A stretch of DNA of 63,329 nucleotides, filler included, from Nitrospinae bacterium RIFCSPLOWO2_12_FULL_45_22 (GCA_001803565.1; 5 parts of 5 records of this genome joined end to end with filler, not necessarily neighbours in it), one strand, 5' to 3'. Positions 30,710-41,115 are shown, counted from the whole stretch's first letter. Notes: generated by a model not told the origin, from the sequence alone. Numbers and translations are program-made.

Positions 30710-30764
30710 GGTAGCCGCAACCTTTAGGTTGCATTATTTACGCAGGCTAAAGCCTGCGACTACC
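30710..30764. repeat. GTAG-family REP doublet
   Basis: GGTAGCCGCAACCTTTAGGTTGC ... GCAGGCTAAAGCCTGCGACTACC. Confidence 0.75.
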
Positions 30765-30851
30765 AATTCTCCCTATGTGACCGAGGGATTATTCGTTTTC
30801 CTCCATTGCCTCATGATTAGCCTTAAATAGTTTGACCAGGAGGAGAGAAAG

Positions 30852-33728
30852 ATGGAGAAAAAGGACAATGGCTTTACCCGACGCGATTTTATCAAAGGCG
30901 CCAGTTTTGGTGTACTTACCTTATCGCTTGGTACCCTGCGCTTCAAAGGAGGAGAAGTCTTTGCCCAAGAGCCCCTCAAACCGTATCCCTATCGCACCTG
31001 GGAAGACCTGTACAAAAAGCAATGGACCTGGGACAAAGTAGCTAAAGTTACTCACCCTAGAAACTGTTGGTACCAGGCCCATTGCTCCTGGGATGCCTTC
31101 ATAAAGAATGGCATTATAGTCCGGGAAGAGCAAACCGCTGATTATCCCCAGACCCGGCCTGAGCTATCAGATTTTAACCCCCGGGGCTGTCAGAAAGGGG
31201 CCTGTTATAGTGCCCGGATGTATGACCCTACCCGTATTAAGTATCCGTTAAAAAGGGTAGGGGAGCGGGGTGAAGGGAAATGGAAAAGGTTATCGTGGGA
31301 TGAGGCCCTTACCGAGATAGCCGATACCATGATAGATATTATCGCTAAAGAAGGGCCCGATACCTTTCTCTATGATGTAGGTACCAATCTAAGCCTGGGA
31401 CCTCAAGGGTTAGGTCTGTTTAGGCTCTGCACCTTACTCGACTCGGGCGTCCTGGATTGTAACCCAGAGATCGGGGATGATCATCAAGGCTGGGCCGTGA
31501 CCAGTGGTTCTATGATTGGTTGCGGTTCAGCAGATAATTGGTTTTACTCAGATATCGTCCTGATCTGGGCTGGTAACCCCTCTTATACGGGTATGCCATA
31601 TTCTCATTTCTTATGGGAAGCCCGCTATAATGGCACCCGGGTCATCGGTATCAGTCCGGATTATAATGCGAGTGTTATTCATTGTGACCAATGGATCCCT
31701 ATTAATATTGGTACAGATGCGGCTTTGGCCATGGGCATGGCCCAGGTTATAGTGAAAGAAGGACTATATAATAAAGAATTTATCAAAGAGCAGACCGATA
31801 TGCCTTTCCTGGTAAGGGATGATACCAAACAGTTCCTTAGGGAGAAAGACCTTAAAGAGAATGGGCGGGATGATCTCTTCTATATATTTGACCTCAAGAG
31901 CCAGGGCATAAAAGAACCTCCCAGAGCTACCCTGACCCTGGGAGACTTAGACCCTGCCCTGGAAGGGAGTTTTGAGGTAGAGACCATCCAGGGTAAGGTC
32001 AAGGTACGCCCGGCATTTGAGTTCTTAAAGGATAAACTGAAGGATTATTCCTTAGATAGGGTTTCTCAAATAACCGGTATAAACCCCACCATTATTGAAA
32101 GCCTGGCCCGGGATATAGCCAAGGCCCGAACCGTTACTAACGTGACTAATTCTTGTATATCTAAATTCTATCACGGTGACCTGATCGAACGGACCCAGAT
32201 CCTTGTGCTGGCCCTCTGTGGTCATTTTGGCAAGAAAGGTAGTGGGTTCAATGCCTTCCCCATGCTGATAGACGATACCAATTTCCGCCTGGCCTTTGCC
32301 CCACCCCTGCCTTTCAAAGAGGCACTGGCGGCCTTTGAAAAATCTTTTGCTGAACAAGTCAAAGACCTAAAGCAGGCAGACTATACCGATGAGATGCTCT
32401 CTTATGAATTTGGACGCAGGCTGGAAAAGACCGGCATAACCGTCTCCAATACCCTGTTTTGGTATGTACATGGTGGTTTGAATGAGCTTTCTGGCCGCTC
32501 CAAGGAATGGGATAAATACTTGAAGCGTGATGTAGATGAGTATGTAAAAGAGTCTCTGGAAAAAGGCTGGCAAAATGTATTCCCTGCTCCAGGCAAAGAG
32601 CCCCGCATATTATTCGAGTGCGGCGGGAATGTTATCCGGCGGGTACGGGGTTACACGGCCTTGCTCAAGACCCTCTGGCCCAAACTCCATTTGATAGTAA
32701 CCCTTGACTTCCGGATGGGGGCGACGGGTCTCCATTCCGATTATGTCCTCCCAGCCGCAGGGTATTATGAAAAGGACGATTTTGCCGGTTGGGTCGGTCC
32801 CTATCAGCCTTTCTTCCAGGTTACGACCAGGGCGGTAGAACCCTTGCATGAATCAAAATCAGAATGGGAGATCCACTGTCTGCTGGCCAAGAAGATCCAG
32901 GAAAGGGCTAAGCAAAGGAATATCCTCACCTTTAAAGATAAGCAAGGCAAAGAGAGGCGATTCGATAATCTCTATGATATTCTGACCTATGGCAGGCATT
33001 ATACAGAGAAGGATGAAGAGAAGGTTTGTCGGGACTCCCTGGCCCTGTCCCCTTGCTTTAAAGGTGACTGGAAACACCTGAAAGAAAAGGGGTGGGTTAA
33101 ATGGGAAGACATTGGCAAGGGCTTCTTCGGTATCGGTAATGCTACCGATATCAAACCCGATGAGCCTATTGTCCCTTATACCTGGCATACAGATAAGAAG
33201 GTCCCCTGGCCTACCCTTAGTCGGCGGATGCAGTTCTACATAGACCAGGATTTTTATCTGGAGTTAGGAGAGGAATTACCTATCCATAAAGACCCTCCTA
33301 TCAGTGGTGGTAATTATCCCCTTACGGTTACCGGTGGGCATACCCGCTGGAGTATCCATTCCATGTGGCGCGATGAGGCCCATATGCTCCGGCTCCAGCG
33401 TGGTCAACCGGTTATGTATATGAGTGTAGCCGATGCCCAGAAGAGGGGGATAAAGGATGGGGAAATAGTCCTGGTAAAGAACGATATTGATTCTTTCGAG
33501 ATAATGGCTAAGGTAGCCCCGGCTATTCGTCCGGGCCAGGTGGTCATCTACCATGCCTGGGAACAGTATCAATTTAAGGGGCATAAACTCTTCCAGAACC
33601 TGATGCCGAGTCCCATAAAACCCACTGAGTTAGCCGGTGGTTACTTTCATCTGGGACCCTTCTTTGGCCAACTCAGCCCGGGCCAGAGTGACCGAGATAC
33701 CAGGGTTGAAGTAACCCGGATCGCCTAG
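30852..33728 (+). CDS. Type II DMSO-reductase-family molybdoenzyme alpha subunit (ethylbenzene dehydrogenase / S25DH-like), Tat-exported
   Basis: TRRDFIK Tat motif; WEDLYKKQWTWD; FS0 ligands HPRNCWYQAHC...NPRGCQKG; candidate Mo-ligand Asp in EIGDD; HTRWSIHSMW. Confidence 0.9.
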   Translation: MEKKDNGFTRRDFIKGASFGVLTLSLGTLRFKGGEVFAQEPLKPYPYRTWEDLYKKQWTWDKVAKVTHPRNCWYQAHCSWDAFIKNGIIVREEQTADYPQTRPELSDFNPRGCQKGACYSARMYDPTRIKYPLKRVGERGEGKWKRLSWDEALTEIADTMIDIIAKEGPDTFLYDVGTNLSLGPQGLGLFRLCTLLDSGVLDCNPEIGDDHQGWAVTSGSMIGCGSADNWFYSDIVLIWAGNPSYTGMPYSHFLWEARYNGTRVIGISPDYNASVIHCDQWIPINIGTDAALAMGMAQVIVKEGLYNKEFIKEQTDMPFLVRDDTKQFLREKDLKENGRDDLFYIFDLKSQGIKEPPRATLTLGDLDPALEGSFEVETIQGKVKVRPAFEFLKDKLKDYSLDRVSQITGINPTIIESLARDIAKARTVTNVTNSCISKFYHGDLIERTQILVLALCGHFGKKGSGFNAFPMLIDDTNFRLAFAPPLPFKEALAAFEKSFAEQVKDLKQADYTDEMLSYEFGRRLEKTGITVSNTLFWYVHGGLNELSGRSKEWDKYLKRDVDEYVKESLEKGWQNVFPAPGKEPRILFECGGNVIRRVRGYTALLKTLWPKLHLIVTLDFRMGATGLHSDYVLPAAGYYEKDDFAGWVGPYQPFFQVTTRAVEPLHESKSEWEIHCLLAKKIQERAKQRNILTFKDKQGKERRFDNLYDILTYGRHYTEKDEEKVCRDSLALSPCFKGDWKHLKEKGWVKWEDIGKGFFGIGNATDIKPDEPIVPYTWHTDKKVPWPTLSRRMQFYIDQDFYLELGEELPIHKDPPISGGNYPLTVTGGHTRWSIHSMWRDEAHMLRLQRGQPVMYMSVADAQKRGIKDGEIVLVKNDIDSFEIMAKVAPAIRPGQVVIYHAWEQYQFKGHKLFQNLMPSPIKPTELAGGYFHLGPFFGQLSPGQSDRDTRVEVTRIA

Positions 33729-33827
33729 CCCCGGCACTACAGGTAGCTGGGTGAATCAGTGGAAATCTGCATCCAAAATAATTTAACTTAAAACAACAAC
33801 CGTAGAGGAGGGGAGGAAGAGCGAGAA

Positions 33828-35102
33828 ATGAGTAATAAAAAAGCGCCGATGGAACATGCACGGTTATTGCCGGTAGGAGAAAAGGGTGGGGCACTTAAAC
33901 ATGAAAAATTTACCCCAGAGGTACAGACCCGGAGGCGGGCACGGGCAGATAAACCCTTTTATCCCAGGGATATTTATTTTAATACCCAGGCATCAAAGGA
34001 TGGCATAAGGCATTTTGCCAATGGCCTGGGTGATTTAAATCCTTTATTTCGGGAGGAAGAATATGCCAAGAAGACCAAGTATGCCAGCATCATAGCACCC
34101 CCCTGCTATCTCTACACTATCCGGTGGTTGTCTCCTGGTGGTGGCGGGACTGGTATCCATGGCTGGTATTCCGGGGGTGAATGGGAATGGTATCGGCCGA
34201 TCTTTGCCGGAGATGAATATACGGTGGTTTGCGTGCTACGGGACCTGGTGGAGAAACAAGGCAAGATGGGCGGTGGGAAGACCTGGATTGACTATAGTGA
34301 AGTTATCTATGTAAACCAGAGGCATGAGATCGTAGGCAAGGAACTGGGCTGGGCGGTAATGGGTGAGCGCGAGGCCTCGGGCTCGGCCGGCAAATACCGG
34401 GGTACCCCTAAGCCAGAATATTCCCGGGACGATTGGATGAGAATCCTGGATTTATATAATAAAGAAGAGCTAAGGGGCCCTAAGCCACGCTATTGGGAAG
34501 ATGTTCAGGTGGGTGACAAGCTGGGGCCTATGCTCAAAGGACCGTTGAGTGTCCGCGATGAGGTAGGCTGGCTGATGGGTGCCGGTTCACCCTTCTTCCG
34601 GGCCCATAAGATAGAATACGAGTGGGAAAGGAGACATCCCCATACCTTGGAGTATGTTGAGGAGACCGGAGAAAGGGATGTCCCTGAGCTGGTCCATATA
34701 TTTGATGCCTTTGCCCGTACTATAGGCGTGGAGCGGGCTTATGATTATGGCTGTCAGAGAATGAGCTGGCTGGGCAATCTTTACACTAACTGGATGGGAG
34801 ACGACGCTTTCTTGTGGAAGATGCGTGGTGACCTGAGGGTCTTCAATCAGATGGGTGATATTACTACCTTTGAAGGGAAAGTAATCAAGAAATATATCGA
34901 GGATGGAAGGTGTTGTGTAGATATAGAGGCCTGGGGTAAAAACCAGAGAGATGAATGGTCTATGCGGCCTAACCCGGCGACTGTTATACTTCCCTCAAGA
35001 GAATACGGTCCCGTTGTCTATCCTAATCCCTCGGTTAAGCTGATGAAGGAAGCCGAAGAGGCAAGGCCTTTAGATGAGCTGATCAAAGAAGGAATAATCT
35101 AG
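33828..35102 (+). CDS. Double hot-dog (MaoC/FAS1-like) acyl-CoA dehydratase
   Basis: IRHFANGLGDLNPLF, APP, WEWYRPIFAGD, RYWEDVQVGD and WMGDDAFL motifs. Confidence 0.8.
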   Translation: MSNKKAPMEHARLLPVGEKGGALKHEKFTPEVQTRRRARADKPFYPRDIYFNTQASKDGIRHFANGLGDLNPLFREEEYAKKTKYASIIAPPCYLYTIRWLSPGGGGTGIHGWYSGGEWEWYRPIFAGDEYTVVCVLRDLVEKQGKMGGGKTWIDYSEVIYVNQRHEIVGKELGWAVMGEREASGSAGKYRGTPKPEYSRDDWMRILDLYNKEELRGPKPRYWEDVQVGDKLGPMLKGPLSVRDEVGWLMGAGSPFFRAHKIEYEWERRHPHTLEYVEETGERDVPELVHIFDAFARTIGVERAYDYGCQRMSWLGNLYTNWMGDDAFLWKMRGDLRVFNQMGDITTFEGKVIKKYIEDGRCCVDIEAWGKNQRDEWSMRPNPATVILPSREYGPVVYPNPSVKLMKEAEEARPLDELIKEGII

Positions 35103-35153
35103 GGTAATACAGGAAGATTATCTAGCCGCTAAAAGAAAAGACCACCAGGGTTT

Positions 35154-35852
35154 TTAGGCCAGCAACCTGAGTTTATGGATCATAAAGAAAGTTTGCAGCA
35201 GTTTATAAAAGGTAAGGGATGACTTGCCCCTCTTCCTATCCTGGAAGATTATGGGGATCTCCTTGACCCGAAAACCGTTTTTATGACAATGGTAGAGTAT
35301 TTCTTCTACGATAGAAGGGCCGTTAGAGTATAGGTTAGACAAAGGGATTGTCTCAAGCACCTCGCGGCGGAAGCAGCGGAAGCCCGAGGTGCAGTCCCTT
35401 ACCTTTAGCCCCAGGAGCCAGCGAATATAGCTATTAGCCAGTTTTGTTATCATAGTTCGGAACAAATTTCTACCGGCCTCTTCACCCCCCTTTATCCCCC
35501 GGGATCCGATTACGACATCACATCCCTCAATAGTCTTTAGCAGATCAGGTATATATTTAGGCTGGTGAGAAAAATCGGCATCCATCTCGATAATATAATC
35601 CACTGGCATAGTTAATGCCTTTTGAAACCCGGTGATTCCGGCACTGCCCCGCCCCTTTTGGTCATAACGATGCAGGATATTGACCTGAGGATATTCAGCC
35701 GCCAGCCGAGCTACTATCTCTCCGGTACCATCCGGGGAGTCATCATCCACCACCAGGATAGAGATATTCAAACCTAGTTGTATGATATCTTTAATTAAAA
35801 GGGCAATATTTTCCTTTTCATCATATGTAGGGATAACTACAACCGCCTTCAA
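35154..35852 (-). CDS. Polyprenol monophosphomannose synthase-like GT2
   Basis: VIPTYDE, VDDDSPDGT, EMDADFSH and DCTSGFRCF motifs. Confidence 0.88.
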   Translation of the reverse strand: MKAVVVIPTYDEKENIALLIKDIIQLGLNISILVVDDDSPDGTGEIVARLAAEYPQVNILHRYDQKGRGSAGITGFQKALTMPVDYIIEMDADFSHQPKYIPDLLKTIEGCDVVIGSRGIKGGEEAGRNLFRTMITKLANSYIRWLLGLKVRDCTSGFRCFRREVLETIPLSNLYSNGPSIVEEILYHCHKNGFRVKEIPIIFQDRKRGKSSLTFYKLLQTFFMIHKLRLLA

Positions 35853-35873
35853 TTTGGGCCTTATATACCTTTT

Positions 35874-36773
35874 TTATTTTATAAAGTCTCTTACTTCTTT
35901 TAGGCTAGGGATACCTGCCCTCCCCCCTAACTTCTGGCAACTAAGGGCCGCTACCGCATTAGCAAATATTAACGAGTCCTCGGGACCCCATCCCTGCAAC
36001 AAACTATATATGATCCCGGCATGGAACAAATCCCCTGCCCCAGTGGTATCTATCGCCCTAACTTCGGGCCCTGGCGTTCTAAATACCTTATCCCCCCATA
36101 AAGCCAATGATCCCTCTTTGCCCAGGGTCATAACCACGACCTCTGGGCCTTGCTGCTGGATATGCCTTAGGGCTTTTAAAGGATCATTCTGGCCGGTATA
36201 ATTATAAGGGAATTCCTGGTCAGAAGCCAGGATATGGGTAAGGCGGATCAATTCTGAGGTTTTAGGGTTTATAGAATCAATATCTAAGACTATTTTTATA
36301 CCCGCTTCTCGGGCCCAATGCGCGGCAGTAATTGCCGCCTCTATTTCATGCCCGTCCAGATGGAGTAGCCGACCGGCCTTAATTATCTCCGGATTCAGCT
36401 CTTCGGGTTTTAAACAAACTTCTTCCGAGCGATGCCATACAATAGTCCGCTCACCACATATCTGATCTACCATAATAAAAGCAAATTGAGAAGTTGTACC
36501 GGTAGCAGTAATCAAGCCACTGATATCCACCCCTTCTCGCTCTAAGTCCTGCCGGGTAAAACGCCCCCATTCATCATCCCCCACCTTCCCTATATAGGCC
36601 GTACGGAGACCCCAGCGGCTCAGGGCAACAAGGGCAGTAGCTATCTGGCCCCCAGCTTCTCTTTTAAAGTCCAGCATCTTTACCTTGGAATTAAAGCAGG
36701 GATAATGGGGCACAATGCAGAGATAATCTACCGCATTCAAGCCCACTCCTACTACATCAAATCTCGTTTTCAT
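35874..36773 (-). CDS. PfkB family carbohydrate kinase
   Basis: GGQIATA, GKVGDDEWG and DTTGAGDLF motifs. Confidence 0.92.
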   Translation of the reverse strand: MKTRFDVVGVGLNAVDYLCIVPHYPCFNSKVKMLDFKREAGGQIATALVALSRWGLRTAYIGKVGDDEWGRFTRQDLEREGVDISGLITATGTTSQFAFIMVDQICGERTIVWHRSEEVCLKPEELNPEIIKAGRLLHLDGHEIEAAITAAHWAREAGIKIVLDIDSINPKTSELIRLTHILASDQEFPYNYTGQNDPLKALRHIQQQGPEVVVMTLGKEGSLALWGDKVFRTPGPEVRAIDTTGAGDLFHAGIIYSLLQGWGPEDSLIFANAVAALSCQKLGGRAGIPSLKEVRDFIK

Positions 36774-36984
36774 GACTTCTCTTGAACGACAAACTGTTGC
36801 TCAATCCCCTTTTCTAATCATTCACCGCAGCTTTACACTTTTCGCTTCCTTTAGCTTCCTTGGCGGTGAACGTCTACTAATTATTGCCTGGGGTTTATTT
36901 ACTCGGTGAAGACTTTGTGTTATTATAAATGATGATTTAGAACAATTCTAGAATCAATAACATTGTGTAGATGGAGGATAAGCT

Positions 36985-37185
36985 ATGCTAGGTGGTCTAG
37001 GGATGCCAGAATTGATGATAATTTTAGTTATCATCTTGATAATCTTCGGTACGGGCAAACTCCCTGAGATTGGTAGTGCCCTGGGGAAAGGGATCAAGAA
37101 TTTTAAGAAGGCTACTACGGAAAAAGACGAACTAGAGTTATCCCCACCCAAACTCGAAAAAGCCGAGGCCAAAAAGGAAGAATAG
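36985..37185 (+). CDS. tatA: Twin-arginine translocase subunit TatA/E
   Basis: [37 protein letters not shown]. Confidence 0.95.
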   Translation: MLGGLGMPELMIILVIILIIFGTGKLPEIGSALGKGIKNFKKATTEKDELELSPPKLEKAEAKKEE

Positions 37186-37322
37186 ATCAATCCCGAATTT
37201 ATTAACCTCTGGGTCCCTGTCTCTATCTCTTCCGGCTTTGAGATAGGGAAGGGAGATAGAGCAATACTAATCTCTTTTCTCTGTCTCCTTTCTCTATCTG
37301 TCCCGTCGCAATCCCTTATTCA

Positions 37323-37523
37323 TCAGGTCGGAGCCAGATTAAGCTCCCGGATCAGCAGGCTTATCATACCTGCCTCTTCGTATAGCCCAGCTAGTTCCAG
37401 GTGAATAGCAGGGTCGTTTATAGCAATAGAGTCTATCTGTTGGGGCTGTGACTCGGCCTCTTCGAGACGCTCATTTGCCAGTAAGTCCTTTATTTCTGCC
37501 AGCTTTGCTTGTATAGTACCCAT
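37323..37523 (-). pseudogene. Truncated TPR-like N-terminal gene fragment
   Basis: MGTIQAKL...DPAIHLELAGLYEEAG...ELNLAPT* stops abruptly before a palindromic intergenic sequence. Confidence 0.35.
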
Positions 37524-37734
37524 GGCTTTTATCCTCAAATTTTTCGCCCCTGCGAAAGCGTTCCCAGATGAGCCGGTTTTCTGGAGGCATGTTCCGGTAT
37601 AAGAAACGGTTGGCCTCTTCTAGCCAGTCCAGCTTCATCTTGGCGGACCATTGCATATACTCTCTTATAGTTTCCTCTGAATAGCTATAAGAATATCCGC
37701 CAGCCTGTTGATTCCTATTACCTAAGTTAGGCAT
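37471..37734 (-). CDS. Small hypothetical protein coupled to the nucleotidyltransferase
   Basis: YSYSEETIREYMQWSAKMKLDWLEEANRF; overlaps the stop of the upstream gene. Confidence 0.55.
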   Translation of the reverse strand: MPNLGNRNQQAGGYSYSYSEETIREYMQWSAKMKLDWLEEANRFLYRNMPPENRLIWERFRRGEKFEDKSHGYYTSKAGRNKGLTGK

Positions 37735-38236
37735 TATTTCCTTTCTCCCTTTTTATCTTTTTGACCTTTTTCAGGGATTCTATATCGGCCTTATCTTGTT
37801 TTCGGCCAATGAGCTTCTTAACCTGAATCAGGTCTCTCAAAGAAATTACCGGAATAGGTAGGTATTCTGTACCCATAATATCCCGGTCCCGATAGGCGGT
37901 ATCAAAATCAATGGGATTCTCCAGTAATATATCTATTTGATAGTAAGGGATAAGGGTTTTATAAAAGGAGAAAACTGCCATATGTTTTTCTTCTTGCCAC
38001 TTTTTCCTAATCTCTGGATCAGTAAGGTCATTAGGGTCAACCGGGGCTTTTGTGCTATAGCCTAAAAGGGTGAGTGCCTCGATCAGCTTGGTAATATTAG
38101 CCGGAGAAAGATCAACCATAAGGTCTAGATCAGCAGTCATGCGGGGGATACCATGGAGGTTGACGGCAATCCCGCCGATGACCAAGTAACGTACTCCCCT
38201 AGCATTCAATTGGGAAAATACCTCTTCATAGTACAA
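37727..38236 (-). CDS. Nucleotidyltransferase (DUF6036-like)
   Basis: YLVIGGIAVNLHGIPRMTADLDL and GRKQDKAD motifs; TTG start at 38236 with AAGGAG RBS. Confidence 0.8.
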   Translation of the reverse strand: MYYEEVFSQLNARGVRYLVIGGIAVNLHGIPRMTADLDLMVDLSPANITKLIEALTLLGYSTKAPVDPNDLTDPEIRKKWQEEKHMAVFSFYKTLIPYYQIDILLENPIDFDTAYRDRDIMGTEYLPIPVISLRDLIQVKKLIGRKQDKADIESLKKVKKIKREKGNNA

Positions 38237-38339
38237 TATATGGCTCCTTATTAATATCTCATTCTCTCCTTCCATTTTGCCTTGGAAATAGCCTAATTTG
38301 TTTGCTAAATAGCACGGATAAATTCGTGCCTGCAATATT

Positions 38340-39719
38340 TTAATGTGTTGTGGCGCCGATAGGAGTAACGCCGATAATACCATCGGCGGCAATTATGCCG
38401 GTAATAGCAGCATTGATAATATCCCGGCTGAGTCCTGCCCCATCTCCTGCCAGATAAAGCCCTTTAATCTTGCTCCCCAGGGTCTTATCGGTAATGATCC
38501 GTAAGGCGGAGAATTTTATCTCCGGGGCATAGAGCAAAGTCGAGCCCGAAGCAACTCCCGGAATGACTTTATCCAACATATCCAGCCCTTCAATAATATC
38601 AGTAACGATGCGGTGCGGTAAGGCCATAGAGATATCCCCAGGCGTAACGACCCGCAGTGTAGGCCGTACATAACTATGGTCTATACGGTTCCAGGTAGAG
38701 CGACGACCCTGCTTCAAATCCCCTAATCGCTGGATGATAGGTGCCCCGCCACCAATAGTATAAGCCAGATGTGAGATAGAATGACCATAAGCGCTGGTAT
38801 CTTCTAAAGGCTCTGTAAGGTCAACCTTTACCAGGAAGGCGAAGTTGGTGTTCTCCGAGTGCTGAAAATGTAAGGCATGGCCATTGACCCCGGTGCCATT
38901 AGCGCCATAGGTCTCGCGGATAACAAATCCACAAGGGTTAGTACAAAAAGTCCTTACCAGGTCATCATAAGTAGGGGTCCGGAGCCTAAACTTAGGGTCC
39001 CAGTTGACTTGTACCGCCTCATCATAACAGACTGCTGGCACCTCTACCCGCACGCCGACATCAATGGGCTCATGTCTGGTAGGCAACTGGTATTTGTGGG
39101 CTAATTGAGCCAGCCAGGAAGACCCGGCCCGGCCCGGGGCAAGTATAACGCTGTCCGCTTCAATCTCTACATTACCCAGGCACACCCCTTTACAGCGATT
39201 ATTTTGGACAATAATGTCCTCCACTCTACTTTGCAAAATGAATTGAACACCTTTATTTATCAAGCTTTCTTTAAACTGATGGATCAGGCTGGGTAAGCGA
39301 TCAGAACCTATATGCCTCTGCCGGGCCGGGATAAATTCTATCCCGCAGGAGGCCGCGCGACGTAGCAAGGGTGCAGGGTCAGATTGATTAGCTGGTGGGG
39401 CGCCGAATTCTACAAAGACCCTATCTACTTGATCTATCAAGGCTTCGGCTGCTTCCAGGGTGATAAATTCTGTGAGGTCTCCACCAATCTTGGGGTGCAG
39501 ATTGAGTTTCCCGTCCGACATCCCACCAGCACCCCCCACACCCTCTATTATGCCGCAAGAGGGGCATTTGATACAGCGATCATGGGAAGGGCAGTGGCGG
39601 TCATAAATATCTTTACCCTTTTCTATAACCGTAACCTCGGCTTTGCCCGCCAGCCTCCAGGCCGCAAATAGGCCCGCAGGCCCCGCCCCAACGATTATTC
39701 CCTTTTTCCTTCTCTTCAT
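38340..39719 (-). CDS. NAD(P)/FAD-dependent oxidoreductase
   Basis: IVGAGPAG, Cys cluster C..C..C..C, GVGGAGGMSDGKL, VRTFCTNP and AGDGAG motifs. Confidence 0.88.
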   Translation of the reverse strand: MKRRKKGIIVGAGPAGLFAAWRLAGKAEVTVIEKGKDIYDRHCPSHDRCIKCPSCGIIEGVGGAGGMSDGKLNLHPKIGGDLTEFITLEAAEALIDQVDRVFVEFGAPPANQSDPAPLLRRAASCGIEFIPARQRHIGSDRLPSLIHQFKESLINKGVQFILQSRVEDIIVQNNRCKGVCLGNVEIEADSVILAPGRAGSSWLAQLAHKYQLPTRHEPIDVGVRVEVPAVCYDEAVQVNWDPKFRLRTPTYDDLVRTFCTNPCGFVIRETYGANGTGVNGHALHFQHSENTNFAFLVKVDLTEPLEDTSAYGHSISHLAYTIGGGAPIIQRLGDLKQGRRSTWNRIDHSYVRPTLRVVTPGDISMALPHRIVTDIIEGLDMLDKVIPGVASGSTLLYAPEIKFSALRIITDKTLGSKIKGLYLAGDGAGLSRDIINAAITGIIAADGIIGVTPIGATTH

Positions 39720-40756
39720 AAGCTGACCCGCCTCTGCCCCGGGATTATCTCACCAATCAAATAATTCTCCAGCCCCCATTGCTGCCTGAGCCGTTCTTGC
39801 GCAGTAGCAGCCTCAGCTTTGGCTATCACCAGTACCATACCGATACCCATATTAAAGGTTCGATACATATCATCCCGCGGTACGTTACCCTCTTCCTGGA
39901 TGAGCCGGAAGATAGGTGGTATTTCCCAACTATTGGGATAGATCAATGCCTCGCAGCCAGGGGCCAGTATCCGTGGTAGGTTATCTATCAGACCACCACC
40001 AGTGATATGGGCTATCCCTTTTATCTCTATGGCCTCTATCATGGCTAAAACCGCTGGGGCATAGTTACGGTGGGGTTTCAATAGTTCTTCAGCTAATGTG
40101 GTGCCCACTTCGGGAATATATCTATCCACCTGATAGCCTTTTAACTCAAAGAATACCTTACGGGCCAGACTATAGCCATTGGTATGGAGCCCATTAGAAG
40201 CAAGCCCTACTAGAATATCCCCCGGACAAATCTTTTTACCGGTAATTATCCTCTCTCGCTCTACAATGCCCGTGATAGATCCCACCAGGTCGTATTGGCC
40301 GGGGCAATATATTCCGGGCAACTCGGCTATCTCGCCCCCTACCAGGGGCATCCCTGCCTCTTTGCAACCTGCCACTATACCCCCTACTACCTGTTCAATA
40401 TGCCCCGGTTCTAGCTTATCTACCGCAATATAATCCAAAAAGGTCAGGGGTCTCGCCCCTTGACAGAGTATATCGTTTACCCCATGGGCAACCATATCCA
40501 TACCGATAGTAGTATGATTGTTCACCATCCGGGCAATCATTAGTTTAGTACCTACACTGTCTATGCTCTGTACCAAAACCGGATGGTGATAATCTTTTAG
40601 TATATCGCTCAGGTCCAGCAGGGAGCCAAAGGGGCCTATGCCCTGAAGTACCGAGGGGTTATAAGTAGATTCTACCGCCATCTTTATCCGGCAGACACTC
40701 TCCTGGCCCGCCTCAATATTTACTCCCGCATCTTTGTAGGTAATAAAATCTTTCAT
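39716..40756 (-). CDS. purM: Phosphoribosylformylglycinamidine cyclo-ligase (AIR synthetase)
   Basis: TYKDAGV, DSVGTK, FLDYIA, SNGLHTNGYSL, AHITGGG and TFNMGIG motifs. Confidence 0.96.
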   Translation of the reverse strand: MKDFITYKDAGVNIEAGQESVCRIKMAVESTYNPSVLQGIGPFGSLLDLSDILKDYHHPVLVQSIDSVGTKLMIARMVNNHTTIGMDMVAHGVNDILCQGARPLTFLDYIAVDKLEPGHIEQVVGGIVAGCKEAGMPLVGGEIAELPGIYCPGQYDLVGSITGIVERERIITGKKICPGDILVGLASNGLHTNGYSLARKVFFELKGYQVDRYIPEVGTTLAEELLKPHRNYAPAVLAMIEAIEIKGIAHITGGGLIDNLPRILAPGCEALIYPNSWEIPPIFRLIQEEGNVPRDDMYRTFNMGIGMVLVIAKAEAATAQERLRQQWGLENYLIGEIIPGQRRVSL

Positions 40757-40855
40757 ACTCTTTTTAGATACTACCATAATTTTGTTGAGTCTCCAATAAC
40801 TCCCCTGCTGCATATCGGTGTTTATTTGTATTAATCCATGGCTAACATCTTAATC

Positions 40856-41115
40856 CTATATACTCAAAAGCGACGGGTATACTTGAGAAAACATAGGTAC
40901 TATGCAGCTTTTCTCAGCTTTTTCATTTTTATCTCCAGCGAATGTTGAAATTGGTTCTGGATTAGGTGCATCGTAAAGTTGTTTTTGAGCGGAAAAATAC
41001 TCCACGATTTGCCAGGTTTTATATCCTGTTTGCGAGCCCGAATTAGGATCAGATAAGCAACAATGGCTATTCCGATTGATTTTTCAATCCGGTCGATTTT
41101 TTTAGTGACTTGGTG
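40856..41115 (-). mobile_element. End of an insertion sequence: C-terminus of a DDE transposase (IS4/IS701-like), stop at 40900
   Basis: Minus-strand reading HQVTKKIDRIEKSIGIAIVAYLILIR...KKLRKAA* running out of the contig end; candidate terminus CTATATACTCAAAAGCGACG at 40856. Absent from the ORF track. Confidence 0.6.

Noticed and set aside
30852-33728. Calling the molybdoenzyme narG
   Set aside because: It has a Tat signal, is only 958 aa, has an EBDH-like FS0 spacing and lacks adjacent narHJI.
38237-38392. N-terminal extension of the nucleotidyltransferase ORF; similar extensions on purM, the mutase, the giant TPR protein and the 46844 ORF
   Set aside because: Downstream starts fit better on RBS, signal peptide or family N-terminus. 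Some extensions also overlap neighbouring genes or hairpins.
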